This document shows positions 26,151 to 34,307 of a stretch of DNA of 60,162 bases, piece after piece. The position numbers and the translations under genes are program-made. Source of the DNA: Acidimicrobiaceae bacterium (GTDB lineage Bacteria; Actinomycetota; Acidimicrobiia; Acidimicrobiales; Aldehydirespiratoraceae); contig PBTQ01000011.1 of assembly GCA_002729125.1 (NCBI GenBank), forward strand, positions 1 to 60,162. Reading direction: 5' to 3'. The stretch's first letter is position 1, and the number at the start of each line of letters is the position of its first letter. The notes under the pieces were generated by a model. It had not been told where the DNA came from and did no database searches. It worked only from the letters and a program-made list of their open reading frames with translations.

Positions 26151-26831
26151 TCAGCCGAAGGCACTGCTGGGAAGATCGGCCACGTCACCATCGATTGCCT
26201 CGGCGATCACCTTGGCGACCGTTTCCGGCGACAACCCTTCGGGCATCCTTGGCGCCTGACCCTCGATGGCACGATCGGCGAGCCCGGTCTCGGTGTGAGG
26301 CGGCCGGGCGTCGATCACCCGCACCTTAGCTCTCCGCGCCTCGCGGGCGAGGGCTTCGTCGAACGAGGCCACCGCTGCCTTCGACGCGCCGTAGGCGGCC
26401 ATGCCGGGCAGGTTCCGCTCGGCGATCACACCGGAGATGTTGACGATCACGCCGCCTGGGCGGAGGTGCGCGAGCGCAGCCTTGGCGAGGGCGATCGGCA
26501 CGAACGTGTTAGTGAGGAACAACTCTTCCATCGTGTCGAGCGACAGATCGACGACGTTGCCGAACGCCACGACACCGATGGCGTTCACGACCACGTCGAG
26601 TCCCCCGCCGTGATCGACGGCGGCGTCGACGGCGACGTCAGCGTTGCGGGGGTCCCGAAGGTCGAGGGCAAGACGCACGGCGGCGACAGGCACGCCGCCG
26701 AGCCGGTCGGCATTTCGGGCGACAAGGGTCAAGACGTCACCTCGAGCAGCGAGCTCGGAGGCGATCGCAGCGCCAAGCCCGCCAGAACCACCGGCGATCA
26801 AGACGGAACGAGGGTGAGAGATCTCGGACAC
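26151..26831 (-). CDS. Short-chain dehydrogenase/reductase (SDR)
   Basis: LIAGGSGGLGAAIA (TGxxxGxG-like) and YGASKAAV (YxxxK). Its stop lies 3 nt upstream of the nei start. Confidence 0.85.
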   Translation of the reverse strand: MSEISHPRSVLIAGGSGGLGAAIASELAARGDVLTLVARNADRLGGVPVAAVRLALDLRDPRNADVAVDAAVDHGGGLDVVVNAIGVVAFGNVVDLSLDTMEELFLTNTFVPIALAKAALAHLRPGGVIVNISGVIAERNLPGMAAYGASKAAVASFDEALAREARRAKVRVIDARPPHTETGLADRAIEGQAPRMPEGLSPETVAKVIAEAIDGDVADLPSSAFG

Positions 26832-26961
26832 GTGAGTACTACGGGGCTGCGAGCGTGCCCGGATTCAGCCAGCGTGCGTCCTGGCCGTCGGCAAACAGCG
26901 CCGATACCCAGGGTTCGACGCCACGGTTCACCGCGGCCGCCGGCGGACCTGCGAACCTTGG

Positions 26962-27321
26962 ATGATGGCTTCTCGCACTCGTGCTGCCCGCTATGCCAAG
27001 CGTCGCAAGAACCGCATGGCCAAGCGCGACCACGATCTTACTGACGACCAGTGGGCTGACTTGCAGGAGGCCTGGAACGGCTGCGCGTATTGCGGCGCCA
27101 CCGGCGTGCCCATGCAAAAGGACACGGTTCTCGCGATCTCGCGAGGCGGTCGCTACACGATCGACAACGTCGTGCCCGCCTGTCGGTCGTGCAACGCGAG
27201 CAAATGCAACGACGAGGTCACCGGTTGGATGCGACGCAAGAAACTCGACGAGAAACGCTTCCTGGTCCAGCAGTACGAGATCCGCAAGGAGCTCGAAGGG
27301 CACGCCGCCGACCCTTCGTAG
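26962..27321 (+). CDS. Small HNH endonuclease
   Basis: 119 aa. CAYCG...DTVLAISRGGRYTIDNVVPACRSCNASK (HNH/CxxC...CxxC pattern) with a basic N-terminus. Confidence 0.8.
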   Translation: MMASRTRAARYAKRRKNRMAKRDHDLTDDQWADLQEAWNGCAYCGATGVPMQKDTVLAISRGGRYTIDNVVPACRSCNASKCNDEVTGWMRRKKLDEKRFLVQQYEIRKELEGHAADPS

Positions 27322-27334
27322 ACTCCACATCCAG

Positions 27335-28414
27335 ATGTCCAAGTCCACCCGCCTCATCACGATCAATCCGACGTCGATCGATGACGCACTCGTTACCGAG
27401 GCGGGCGCCGCACTCGCGGACGGGAAGCTCGTGGCGATCCCGACCGAGACGGTCTACGGCCTCGGCTGCAACGGACTTGATCCCGACGCGATCGCCGGGG
27501 TCTTCGAGGCCAAGGGCCGACCGGCATCTGATCCACTGATCGTCCACGTCGACGGTGTCGCCATGGCCGAAACGCTGATTGAAGGCGGCCTTCCCGCCGT
27601 CGCCGCCCGGCTTGCGGCCGCGTTCTGGCCCGGACCCCTCACGATGGTTCTGCCCAAGACCCAGATCGTGCCCGATGCGATCACCAGCAGTGGCCCGACC
27701 GTGGGCGTCCGGTGTCCGGCGCACCCGGTCGCCCGGGCCCTGATCACTGCGTCCGGCGTGCCCGTCGCCGCGCCGAGCGCCAACCGGTTCGGGCGCATCA
27801 GCCCGACCACGGCGGCACACGTCGTCGAAGAACTCGGTGACCGGATCGACCTAATCGTCGACGCCGGCCCAGCCGATTACGGAGTCGAATCCACAGTGGT
27901 CACGTTCGAGGGCGATGACGCCGTGATCCTTCGCCATGGAGCACTCACCGCCGAAGCCCTCGCCGCCCATGTCACTGTGCGCGAGGTCGAAGAGGCCGAA
28001 ACCGAAGCCCGAGCTGCGGCGCCCGGCCATGACATTCGGCACTACTCCCCGCGGACACCGGCGATCGCCACAACGACGACCCCCGGCGATGCGGCGGAGG
28101 GCGACATTGTCTACGTCGCGTACGAAGACCGTGAGATCTCCCTTCCCAGCGGATGGAGCTTCTTCTCCCTCGGCAACCGATCCGACCTCGAACTCGTCGC
28201 CCGAGACCTCTACGCGAACCTGCGGCGTCTCGACGCCGCCGCCCACGACCTGATCGTCATCGAACTCGCCGGCGCCGGCGGTATCGGTCGAGCGATCGAC
28301 GATCGGCTCATCCGAGCGGCGTCAGGGAACGTGACGACGACGGCCGCCGCACTCGCCGAAGCCGTGGCTGAGATGCGTCAGGCGAAACCGCCATCCGCCC
28401 CTCGGCGGCGGTGA
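27335..28414 (+). CDS. tsaC: L-threonylcarbamoyladenylate synthase, long Sua5/YwlC form
   Basis: LVAIPTETVYGLGCNGLD...FEAKGRPASDPLIVHV...PGPLTMVLP...VGVRCPAHPVA...APSANRFGRISPT plus a C-terminal Sua5 domain. Start trimmed to ATG 27335 within ORF 26981..28414. Confidence 0.9.
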   Translation: MSKSTRLITINPTSIDDALVTEAGAALADGKLVAIPTETVYGLGCNGLDPDAIAGVFEAKGRPASDPLIVHVDGVAMAETLIEGGLPAVAARLAAAFWPGPLTMVLPKTQIVPDAITSSGPTVGVRCPAHPVARALITASGVPVAAPSANRFGRISPTTAAHVVEELGDRIDLIVDAGPADYGVESTVVTFEGDDAVILRHGALTAEALAAHVTVREVEEAETEARAAAPGHDIRHYSPRTPAIATTTTPGDAAEGDIVYVAYEDREISLPSGWSFFSLGNRSDLELVARDLYANLRRLDAAAHDLIVIELAGAGGIGRAIDDRLIRAASGNVTTTAAALAEAVAEMRQAKPPSAPRRR

Positions 28415-28446
28415 CGGGCTCAGACCTCGAGCGGTAGAGTCGCCGC

Positions 28447-29139
28447 ATGCGTCGTGCTGAGAAAGCCGATCGGATCGGAGAGATCCTCGACGACCTCTAC
28501 CCAAAGCCGCCGATCCCACTCGACCACACCGACCCGTACACCCTGACGGTCGCCGTTGCGCTCTCGGCGCAAACCACCGACAAGAAGGTCAACGAAGTCA
28601 CTCCGGCCCTGTTCGCCCAGGCGAACACGCCCGAGAAGATGGCCGAACTCTCCCCCGAGGAGATCCTGGGGTACATCAAGCAGGTCGGCCTGGCGCCAAC
28701 CAAGGCCAAGAACCTCTCGACGATGGCCCACCAGATCCTCGATGCCGGCGGCGAGATCATCCCCGACTGGGACTTTCTGGAGTCACTCGCCGGCGTCGGT
28801 CACAAGACAGCCGGCGTCGTCATGGCCCAATCGTTCGGCGTGCCGTCGTTTCCGGTCGACACCCACATCCACCGACTCGCCTACCGCTGGGGCTTGTCTG
28901 ACGGCACGACCGTCGAGCGCACCGAGCGCGATCTCAAAGCAGTATTTCCGGAGGACACCTGGAACCGTCGTCACCTCCAGATCATCTTCTTCGGGCGTGA
29001 GTATTGTCCGGCGCGTAATCACGATCTGGCAGCCTGCGAAATCTGCTCGTGGGCGGCCACCAAGAAGCAGATCGCCCTCGAGGCGAAGGCAACACCGAAG
29101 AAACTCTCGGTCGCCAAGACGTCCACCTCTCGGGGCTGA
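28447..29139 (+). CDS. nth: Endonuclease III
   Basis: HhH-GPD motif LAGVGHKTAGVVM...PVDTHIHRL and a C-terminal 4Fe-4S cluster loop CPARNHDLAACEICS. Confidence 0.92.
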   Translation: MRRAEKADRIGEILDDLYPKPPIPLDHTDPYTLTVAVALSAQTTDKKVNEVTPALFAQANTPEKMAELSPEEILGYIKQVGLAPTKAKNLSTMAHQILDAGGEIIPDWDFLESLAGVGHKTAGVVMAQSFGVPSFPVDTHIHRLAYRWGLSDGTTVERTERDLKAVFPEDTWNRRHLQIIFFGREYCPARNHDLAACEICSWAATKKQIALEAKATPKKLSVAKTSTSRG

Positions 29140-29141
29140 AC

Positions 29142-29951
29142 GTGGACTCGATCCGCCTCGCCTCCTGGAACCTGTGGTGGCGCCACGGCGAACTTCCCGC
29201 TCGAGAGCCCGCGATCCTCTCGGCATTGCGACGCCTCAACGTAGACGTCATCGGGCTCCAGGAAGTCTGTTCCCGCGAGCCCGACCAACCTGCGTGGCTT
29301 CGTGACGAACTGGGCGTCGACGTCGTCGCGTCCCCCGACGGCGCCGACGATCAACACACGATCGTGAACGCGATTGCGTCACGCTGGCCGATCATCGAGT
29401 CGGACTGGCGGTGGCTCGATGTCGGGGACATGCCGAAGCACCGAACCGTTCTGTGGGCACAGGTCGACACGCCCATCGGTCCGTGGGATGTCTTCACCAC
29501 CCATCTCTCGCACGGCTTCGATCAGAGCGCGCTGCGTTCGCGTCAACTTGACGAGATCGCCGCATGGATCGATGAGCGACGACGAGCCAATGGTGGGGCG
29601 CTCCTTCCGCCCGTCCTCGTCGGCGATCTCAACGCCGTGCCGGACAGCGACGAGATCCGTCGCCTCACCGGCCGGTCGGCGCCGGCTGTGCCAGGCCTCG
29701 TGTTGAGCGACTGCTGGGAACACGTCGGCACCGGCGATGGCGCCACGTACTCGGCTTCCAACCCGCACGTCACGAACTCGGCGTGGCCCGAACGCCGTCT
29801 CGACTATGTGATGGTCTCGTGGCCCCGCCAGCGACCCAACGGCAACCCGATGGCAACACATCGCTTCGGGCTCGAACCGGTCGACGACGTCATCGCCTCC
29901 GACCACTGGGGCGTCGCGGTCGACCTCACGGTCGCACCACCGAGCGGGTGA
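29142..29951 (+). CDS. Endonuclease/exonuclease/phosphatase (EEP, ExoIII-fold) family protein
   Basis: IRLASWNLWW...DVIGLQEV...GDLNAVPDSDE...ASDHWGV. Start trimmed to GTG 29142, 2 nt after the nth stop (CTG 29136 is an alternative). Confidence 0.8.
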   Translation: MDSIRLASWNLWWRHGELPAREPAILSALRRLNVDVIGLQEVCSREPDQPAWLRDELGVDVVASPDGADDQHTIVNAIASRWPIIESDWRWLDVGDMPKHRTVLWAQVDTPIGPWDVFTTHLSHGFDQSALRSRQLDEIAAWIDERRRANGGALLPPVLVGDLNAVPDSDEIRRLTGRSAPAVPGLVLSDCWEHVGTGDGATYSASNPHVTNSAWPERRLDYVMVSWPRQRPNGNPMATHRFGLEPVDDVIASDHWGVAVDLTVAPPSG

Positions 29952-30013
29952 CGAGTCGCGACATCACCGCGATCAACGGCCCGCGCGTGTCGACGTTCTC
30001 GGCCCAGACGGCA

Positions 30014-31273
30014 TCACCCGTCGGATGACGAAGCCTCCGCTGCCGCCCGACTCTCGAGCAGAGCGTGCACGGCCGCCGCGTTCTGGGCGTCACGAGCAAG
30101 CAGACGAGCGATCGTTTCGCCATCGACCCCGAGTTCCCCAAGGACAGCGGCAGAATCCTCGCCGAGCCGCGGTGCGTGCTTCGCCGGAAAGGTCTCGGCG
30201 GTTTCCCGCACTCCGCCGAACGGGACAGGTGGGCGCGCGATCCGCATCGGCCCGCCATCGGGATGCTTGGTCTCGATGATCGCCCCGAGGTGACGGACCT
30301 GCTCATCATCGAAGACCTCGTCGAGCGTGTTGACCCGAGCCACGGGGACACCGAACGCGTCGAGCGTGGCACACACCTCGGCGACGGGAACGTCGGCGAT
30401 CAAGGCGTTCACCTCGGCCACGAGTTCGTCGATGTTGGCCTCGCGGCGGGCGGGTGTCGCGAAACGCGGGTCGGTGTGAAGCGACGCTTCCCGCCAGATC
30501 GAGAACAGTTCGAGCGCACCATCGCTCACGAGAATGATCGACACCGGGCCATCGGCGGCCTGAAACGTGGGGAACCAGTCGGCCAGTTCACCGGGACCAT
30601 TGCTCACGCCGTCGCCGACATAGGTGCGTGACCACATCACGTCGGGCCACTGGTAGCTCAACGCCGATTCGAGCATGGTGATCGGCAGGTACTGACCCCG
30701 TCCCGTGCGGGCTCGTTCCAACAGCGCAGCGGTGACCGCTTGAGCGGTGGTGAGGGCGGTCACCTTGTCGAAGATGATCATGCGGACGTTCTCCGGATAT
30801 TCGCCACCCTGTGCTGCGGCCGTGCCGGCGGTCGCCTGAATGAGCGGGTCGAACACCCGTCGGTTCTCGTACGGCCCGGTGCCGTACCCGGTGATCGAGG
30901 CATGGACGAGTTCTGGCCGGATCGCGGACAGGGCTTCGTGGCCGAGCCCCATGCGATCAAGGACACCGGGTCGGTAGTTATCGATGAGCGCGTCGGCGGT
31001 TCGCACGAGATCGAGGAAGATCGCTCGTTCCTCGTCGACCTTCAGGTCGAGACACACCGATTTCTTGTTGCGGTTGACCGTGGCGAACATCGCCGCCATA
31101 CCGTTCCGGGCCGGTCCGAGGAACCGTGCTGTATCACCGGTGAGCGGCGGCTCGATCTTGAGGACCTCGGCGCCTTGATCGGCCAGGGTCACCGCCGCCA
31201 TCGGGCCAGAGACCGTCGTCGTCAGCTCCAGGATCCGGTAGCCGTCGAGCGGCCCCCTTCGTCTCTCCCCCAT
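30014..31273 (-). CDS. Family III CoA-transferase (CaiB/BaiF type), second copy
   Basis: LDGYRILELTTTVSGPMAAVTLADQGAEVLKIEPP...NRNKKSVCLDLK. Confidence 0.85.
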   Translation of the reverse strand: MGERRRGPLDGYRILELTTTVSGPMAAVTLADQGAEVLKIEPPLTGDTARFLGPARNGMAAMFATVNRNKKSVCLDLKVDEERAIFLDLVRTADALIDNYRPGVLDRMGLGHEALSAIRPELVHASITGYGTGPYENRRVFDPLIQATAGTAAAQGGEYPENVRMIIFDKVTALTTAQAVTAALLERARTGRGQYLPITMLESALSYQWPDVMWSRTYVGDGVSNGPGELADWFPTFQAADGPVSIILVSDGALELFSIWREASLHTDPRFATPARREANIDELVAEVNALIADVPVAEVCATLDAFGVPVARVNTLDEVFDDEQVRHLGAIIETKHPDGGPMRIARPPVPFGGVRETAETFPAKHAPRLGEDSAAVLGELGVDGETIARLLARDAQNAAAVHALLESRAAAEASSSDG

Positions 31274-31315
31274 GGCGCGACCGTAGTGCGGATCAGCCGA
31301 GGCGTCCCGGGGGAC

Positions 31316-31999
31316 TCAGGTGCAAGCGTCGATCCAATCGATCTCGAACGTGAACTCGCCGTCGATCCCATCCGCGAGGATCACCCCGATCTGAGTCGCC
31401 TGATCGGGGTCGAAAGGTTCTGACGTGACGAGGTTGCCGAAGACGCGGGGCTCCATGCCGGTGAGCGGCACGACCACCACTTCCCAGTCACCGCCGACGG
31501 CGGGGATCGGGTTGTAGTGCGTGACACGGGTCGAGGCGTCGTCGTCGGCAAGGAATTCATAGGCCCGGCCGTCGGTGCGGATTCGAAGTTCGAGTTCCGT
31601 CGCCCCGGCCAGCGAGCCGTCGACTAGGCCGCGGATCGACGAAAATCCGCCACCAACGGTGACGATCGTGCCGCTCCACTTGAGGCGGCTCGAATCGATC
31701 ACACCACTGGCATCGGACCGGCCGCCCATGACGCCGTCGTTGACGATGAACCAGTTCGGTTCGTCGAAGTCGGCGATCCGCACACAACGGTCCGAGACCG
31801 TCGAGGCCGGTGACTCGCTGGTGGACGACGACGGTGCGGTTGTCGTAGGAGCCGACGTGGTGGACGGCAGGGCGGTCGGACGCGTCGTCGTTGACGGGCT
31901 GCTGGCCGACTCGATGTCGCGGTCGGACGTGGCCGCCAAGTTCCCGCCGCAGGCGGCGGCAACCACAGCGACGGAGGCGATGGCGAGGTGAAGGCGCAC
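31316..31999 (-). CDS. CIA30-domain lipoprotein (NADH:ubiquinone oxidoreductase intermediate-associated protein 30-like)
   Basis: Trimmed to GTG 31999. Signal/lipobox VRLHLAIASVAVVAAACGG, an S/T/P-rich linker, then FIVNDGVMGGRSD...KWSGTIVTVGGGFSSIR, typical of the CIA30 family. Confidence 0.7.
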   Translation of the reverse strand: MRLHLAIASVAVVAAACGGNLAATSDRDIESASSPSTTTRPTALPSTTSAPTTTAPSSSTSESPASTVSDRCVRIADFDEPNWFIVNDGVMGGRSDASGVIDSSRLKWSGTIVTVGGGFSSIRGLVDGSLAGATELELRIRTDGRAYEFLADDDASTRVTHYNPIPAVGGDWEVVVVPLTGMEPRVFGNLVTSEPFDPDQATQIGVILADGIDGEFTFEIDWIDACT

Positions 32000-32084
32000 A
32001 GGTGCAGTCTGATCGGCTGGCGGCCACTGTTCGCACTCGGGCGCCCGACGGCGCCCACCACGCCAGCACCGGCCGAGGGATTGA

Positions 32085-33299
32085 CTACTCGATCCGCATC
32101 CCCGAAATGGCACGGCTGACCACGAGCTGCTGGATCTGCTCGGTGCCTTCGAAGATGTCGTGGATCTTGGCGTCGCGGTGCCATCGCTCCACCGGGTACT
32201 CCCGGGTGTAGCCGTAGCCACCGAGGACCTGGATCGCACGCTCGGTGGTCCACGTGGCGACCCGGCCGGCCTTGAGCTTGGCCATCGAGCCCTCGGCGTT
32301 CTTGAACGAACGCTGTTTGCCGAGCCAGGCGGCCTTCCAAATGAGGGCGCGGGTGGCCTCCACCTCGGTGGCCATGTCGGCGAGCATGAACGCGATGCCC
32401 TGGTTCATGATGATCGGCTTGCCGAACGCGTGGCGCTCCTTGGCGTACTCGGTTGCGTATTCCGTGGCGGCACGGGCGATGCCCAGAGCCTGAGCACCGA
32501 CGGCCGGCCGGGTGGCCTCGAAAGTCTGCATGGCGGCCTGGGCGTTGCCCTTCTCACCCCGACGGACCTTGGCGAGCCGCTCGTCGAGCTTCTCCTTGCC
32601 GCCGAGGAGGCAGTGGCCAGGAACGCGCACATCGTCGAGGACGACCTCGGCGGTGTGGCTGGCCTTGATGCCGTGCTTCTTGTACTTCTGTCCCTGGGTG
32701 AGACCAGCGGTGCCGGGCGGAACGATGAAGCTGGCGTGACCCTTCGAGCCAAGTTCGGAGTCGACGACGGCGACAACGACGTGGATATCGGCCATGCCAC
32801 CGTTGGTGATCCAGGCCTTCGTGCCGTTGAGGACCCATTCGTCTTTCGCCTCGTCGTACTTGGCGGAGAGTCGGTAGCCGTTGACGTCGGACCCAGCGTC
32901 TGGCTCAGAGGCAGCGAACGCACCCGTGTTGATCTTGGAGCCGTCGCCGTAGCACTGCGGCACCCACTCCATGACCTGCTCTGGGGTGCCGGAGGCAGCG
33001 ATACCGGCGGCGGCAAGACCGGAACCCATAATCGCCATGCCGATACCGGCGTCACCCCAGAATATCTCCTCGATCGCCATGACCATGGAAATGCCGGTGG
33101 GGTCGTTCATCATCATTTCAGCCATGAACTCCCAGCTGTAAAGCCCGATCTCGGCGGCCTGCTCGACGATTGGCCACGGGAACTCTTCTCGTTCGTCCCA
33201 CTCTTCGGCGTTGGGACGCATGACATCAACCGCAAACTCGTGCAGCCACTTCTGCAGGGTGAGTTGGTCTTCGCTCAGCGCAAGGGAGAAATCGGCCAT
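32085..33299 (-). CDS. Acyl-CoA dehydrogenase
   Basis: 404 aa. ACAD N/M/C domain pattern (GAFAASEPDAGSD...KAWITNG...GGYGYTREYPVERWHRDAKI..IFEGT). Confidence 0.9.
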   Translation of the reverse strand: MADFSLALSEDQLTLQKWLHEFAVDVMRPNAEEWDEREEFPWPIVEQAAEIGLYSWEFMAEMMMNDPTGISMVMAIEEIFWGDAGIGMAIMGSGLAAAGIAASGTPEQVMEWVPQCYGDGSKINTGAFAASEPDAGSDVNGYRLSAKYDEAKDEWVLNGTKAWITNGGMADIHVVVAVVDSELGSKGHASFIVPPGTAGLTQGQKYKKHGIKASHTAEVVLDDVRVPGHCLLGGKEKLDERLAKVRRGEKGNAQAAMQTFEATRPAVGAQALGIARAATEYATEYAKERHAFGKPIIMNQGIAFMLADMATEVEATRALIWKAAWLGKQRSFKNAEGSMAKLKAGRVATWTTERAIQVLGGYGYTREYPVERWHRDAKIHDIFEGTEQIQQLVVSRAISGMRIE

Positions 33300-33329
33300 C
33301 GTAGGCTCCTCTGTGCAATTCGGCTAAGG

Positions 33330-33347
33330 GGTTACTGATCAGTAACC
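33330..33347. promoter_or_regulatory. Perfect 18-bp palindrome GGTTACTGATCAGTAACC upstream of the acyl-CoA dehydrogenase gene
   Basis: Self-complementary over all 18 nt. It lies 30 nt upstream of the ATG at 33299, in a 170-nt intergenic region. Confidence 0.4.
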
Positions 33348-33469
33348 GCTTCCACCGTACCCGTCGGCCGCGACAGGGCCAACTCTGCGGGTCGGGACCT
33401 CTCGATCTCCGATGTTGCTCTGACTCGCCCGCCGCACTGCCCATAGGGCCGTATCGGAGCGCTGCGGCG

Positions 33470-34203
33470 CTACAGAACCCAGCCAAGCAACAGCTGGAGC
33501 GCACCGGCAGTAACCGCAGCCGAAAAAAGACCGTCGAGGAGCCGAGCGTCGGCTTGACGCGTCCACCGCGACCCGATTCGGGTTCCGATGATCACGCCGA
33601 TAACGCCGACGATCATCATTCCGGCGTGCTCTGACCAGGCGAGACCGGCAGTGCCAAAGACGACGATCTTCGCCAAATGGTTGAACACCTGGGCGAAGCG
33701 AAGGTGGCAACGAAGGCGGGATGGTCACGAGTCGCGGCCTTGAACGCCGGTGACATCAGAGGGCCCGTCGCCCCGATCGCTGGCTGCAGAAGGCCGTCCA
33801 GGGCGCCGACCAAGGCGAAGCGGTTACCGCGCCCGGGCGCCCGCGCCAGCCAACTTGTCGCCGCGGGCCACCACACCGCGACGAGTGTGAACACGCCGAT
33901 CATAGCCCTGCTCCCGTCCTCCGGGATTCCCTCGGCGAGCAGGTAACCGACGACCGTCACCGGAAGCACGGGTGCAAGGTACGGGCGCAACACCTCCCAG
34001 TTGGCCTCGCTGCGCAACGTCACGGCCCGGGTCGAATTGGCGAACAACTGGATCACGGCGGGGACAGGCACCGCTACGAGCGGATCGACGAACTGGAGAA
34101 TGATGATCAGCAGGATCATCCCACCGCCCGCACCGACCGCGGCCGTGATCGCCGACGTCACCACAGCCACGAGCAGCAGGATGAGGAGTTCAACCTCGGA
34201 CAC
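33470..34203 (-). pseudogene. TauE/SafE (DUF81) family membrane transporter, frameshifted
   Basis: ORFs 33616..34290 and 33470..33688 are consecutive parts of one polytopic protein (...AITAAVGAGGGMILLIIIL... then ...QVFNHLAKIVVFGTAGLAW...IGTRIGSRW). The frame changes near 33689-33700. Start trimmed to GTG 34203. This could also be an assembly error. Confidence 0.6.
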
Positions 34204-34307
34204 GACTTGTATCGTACTTGTCTTGCACTCGGTCAGGCCGGGCCTCTCGCCCGGCTCAGAGCGGATCACGCCTTCGGGATGCCACCACACCGATATCCTC
34301 GGCGATC

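Noticed and set aside
26962-27321. HNH endonuclease as part of a mobile element, homing endonuclease or defence system
   Set aside because: I could see no flanking direct or inverted repeats, no intron or intein context, and no partner methylase, helicase or integrase. It is kept as a plain CDS.
26839-27366. 175-aa reverse ORF
   Set aside because: It is antisense to the HNH endonuclease gene, whose CxxC/HNH motifs support the plus-strand frame.
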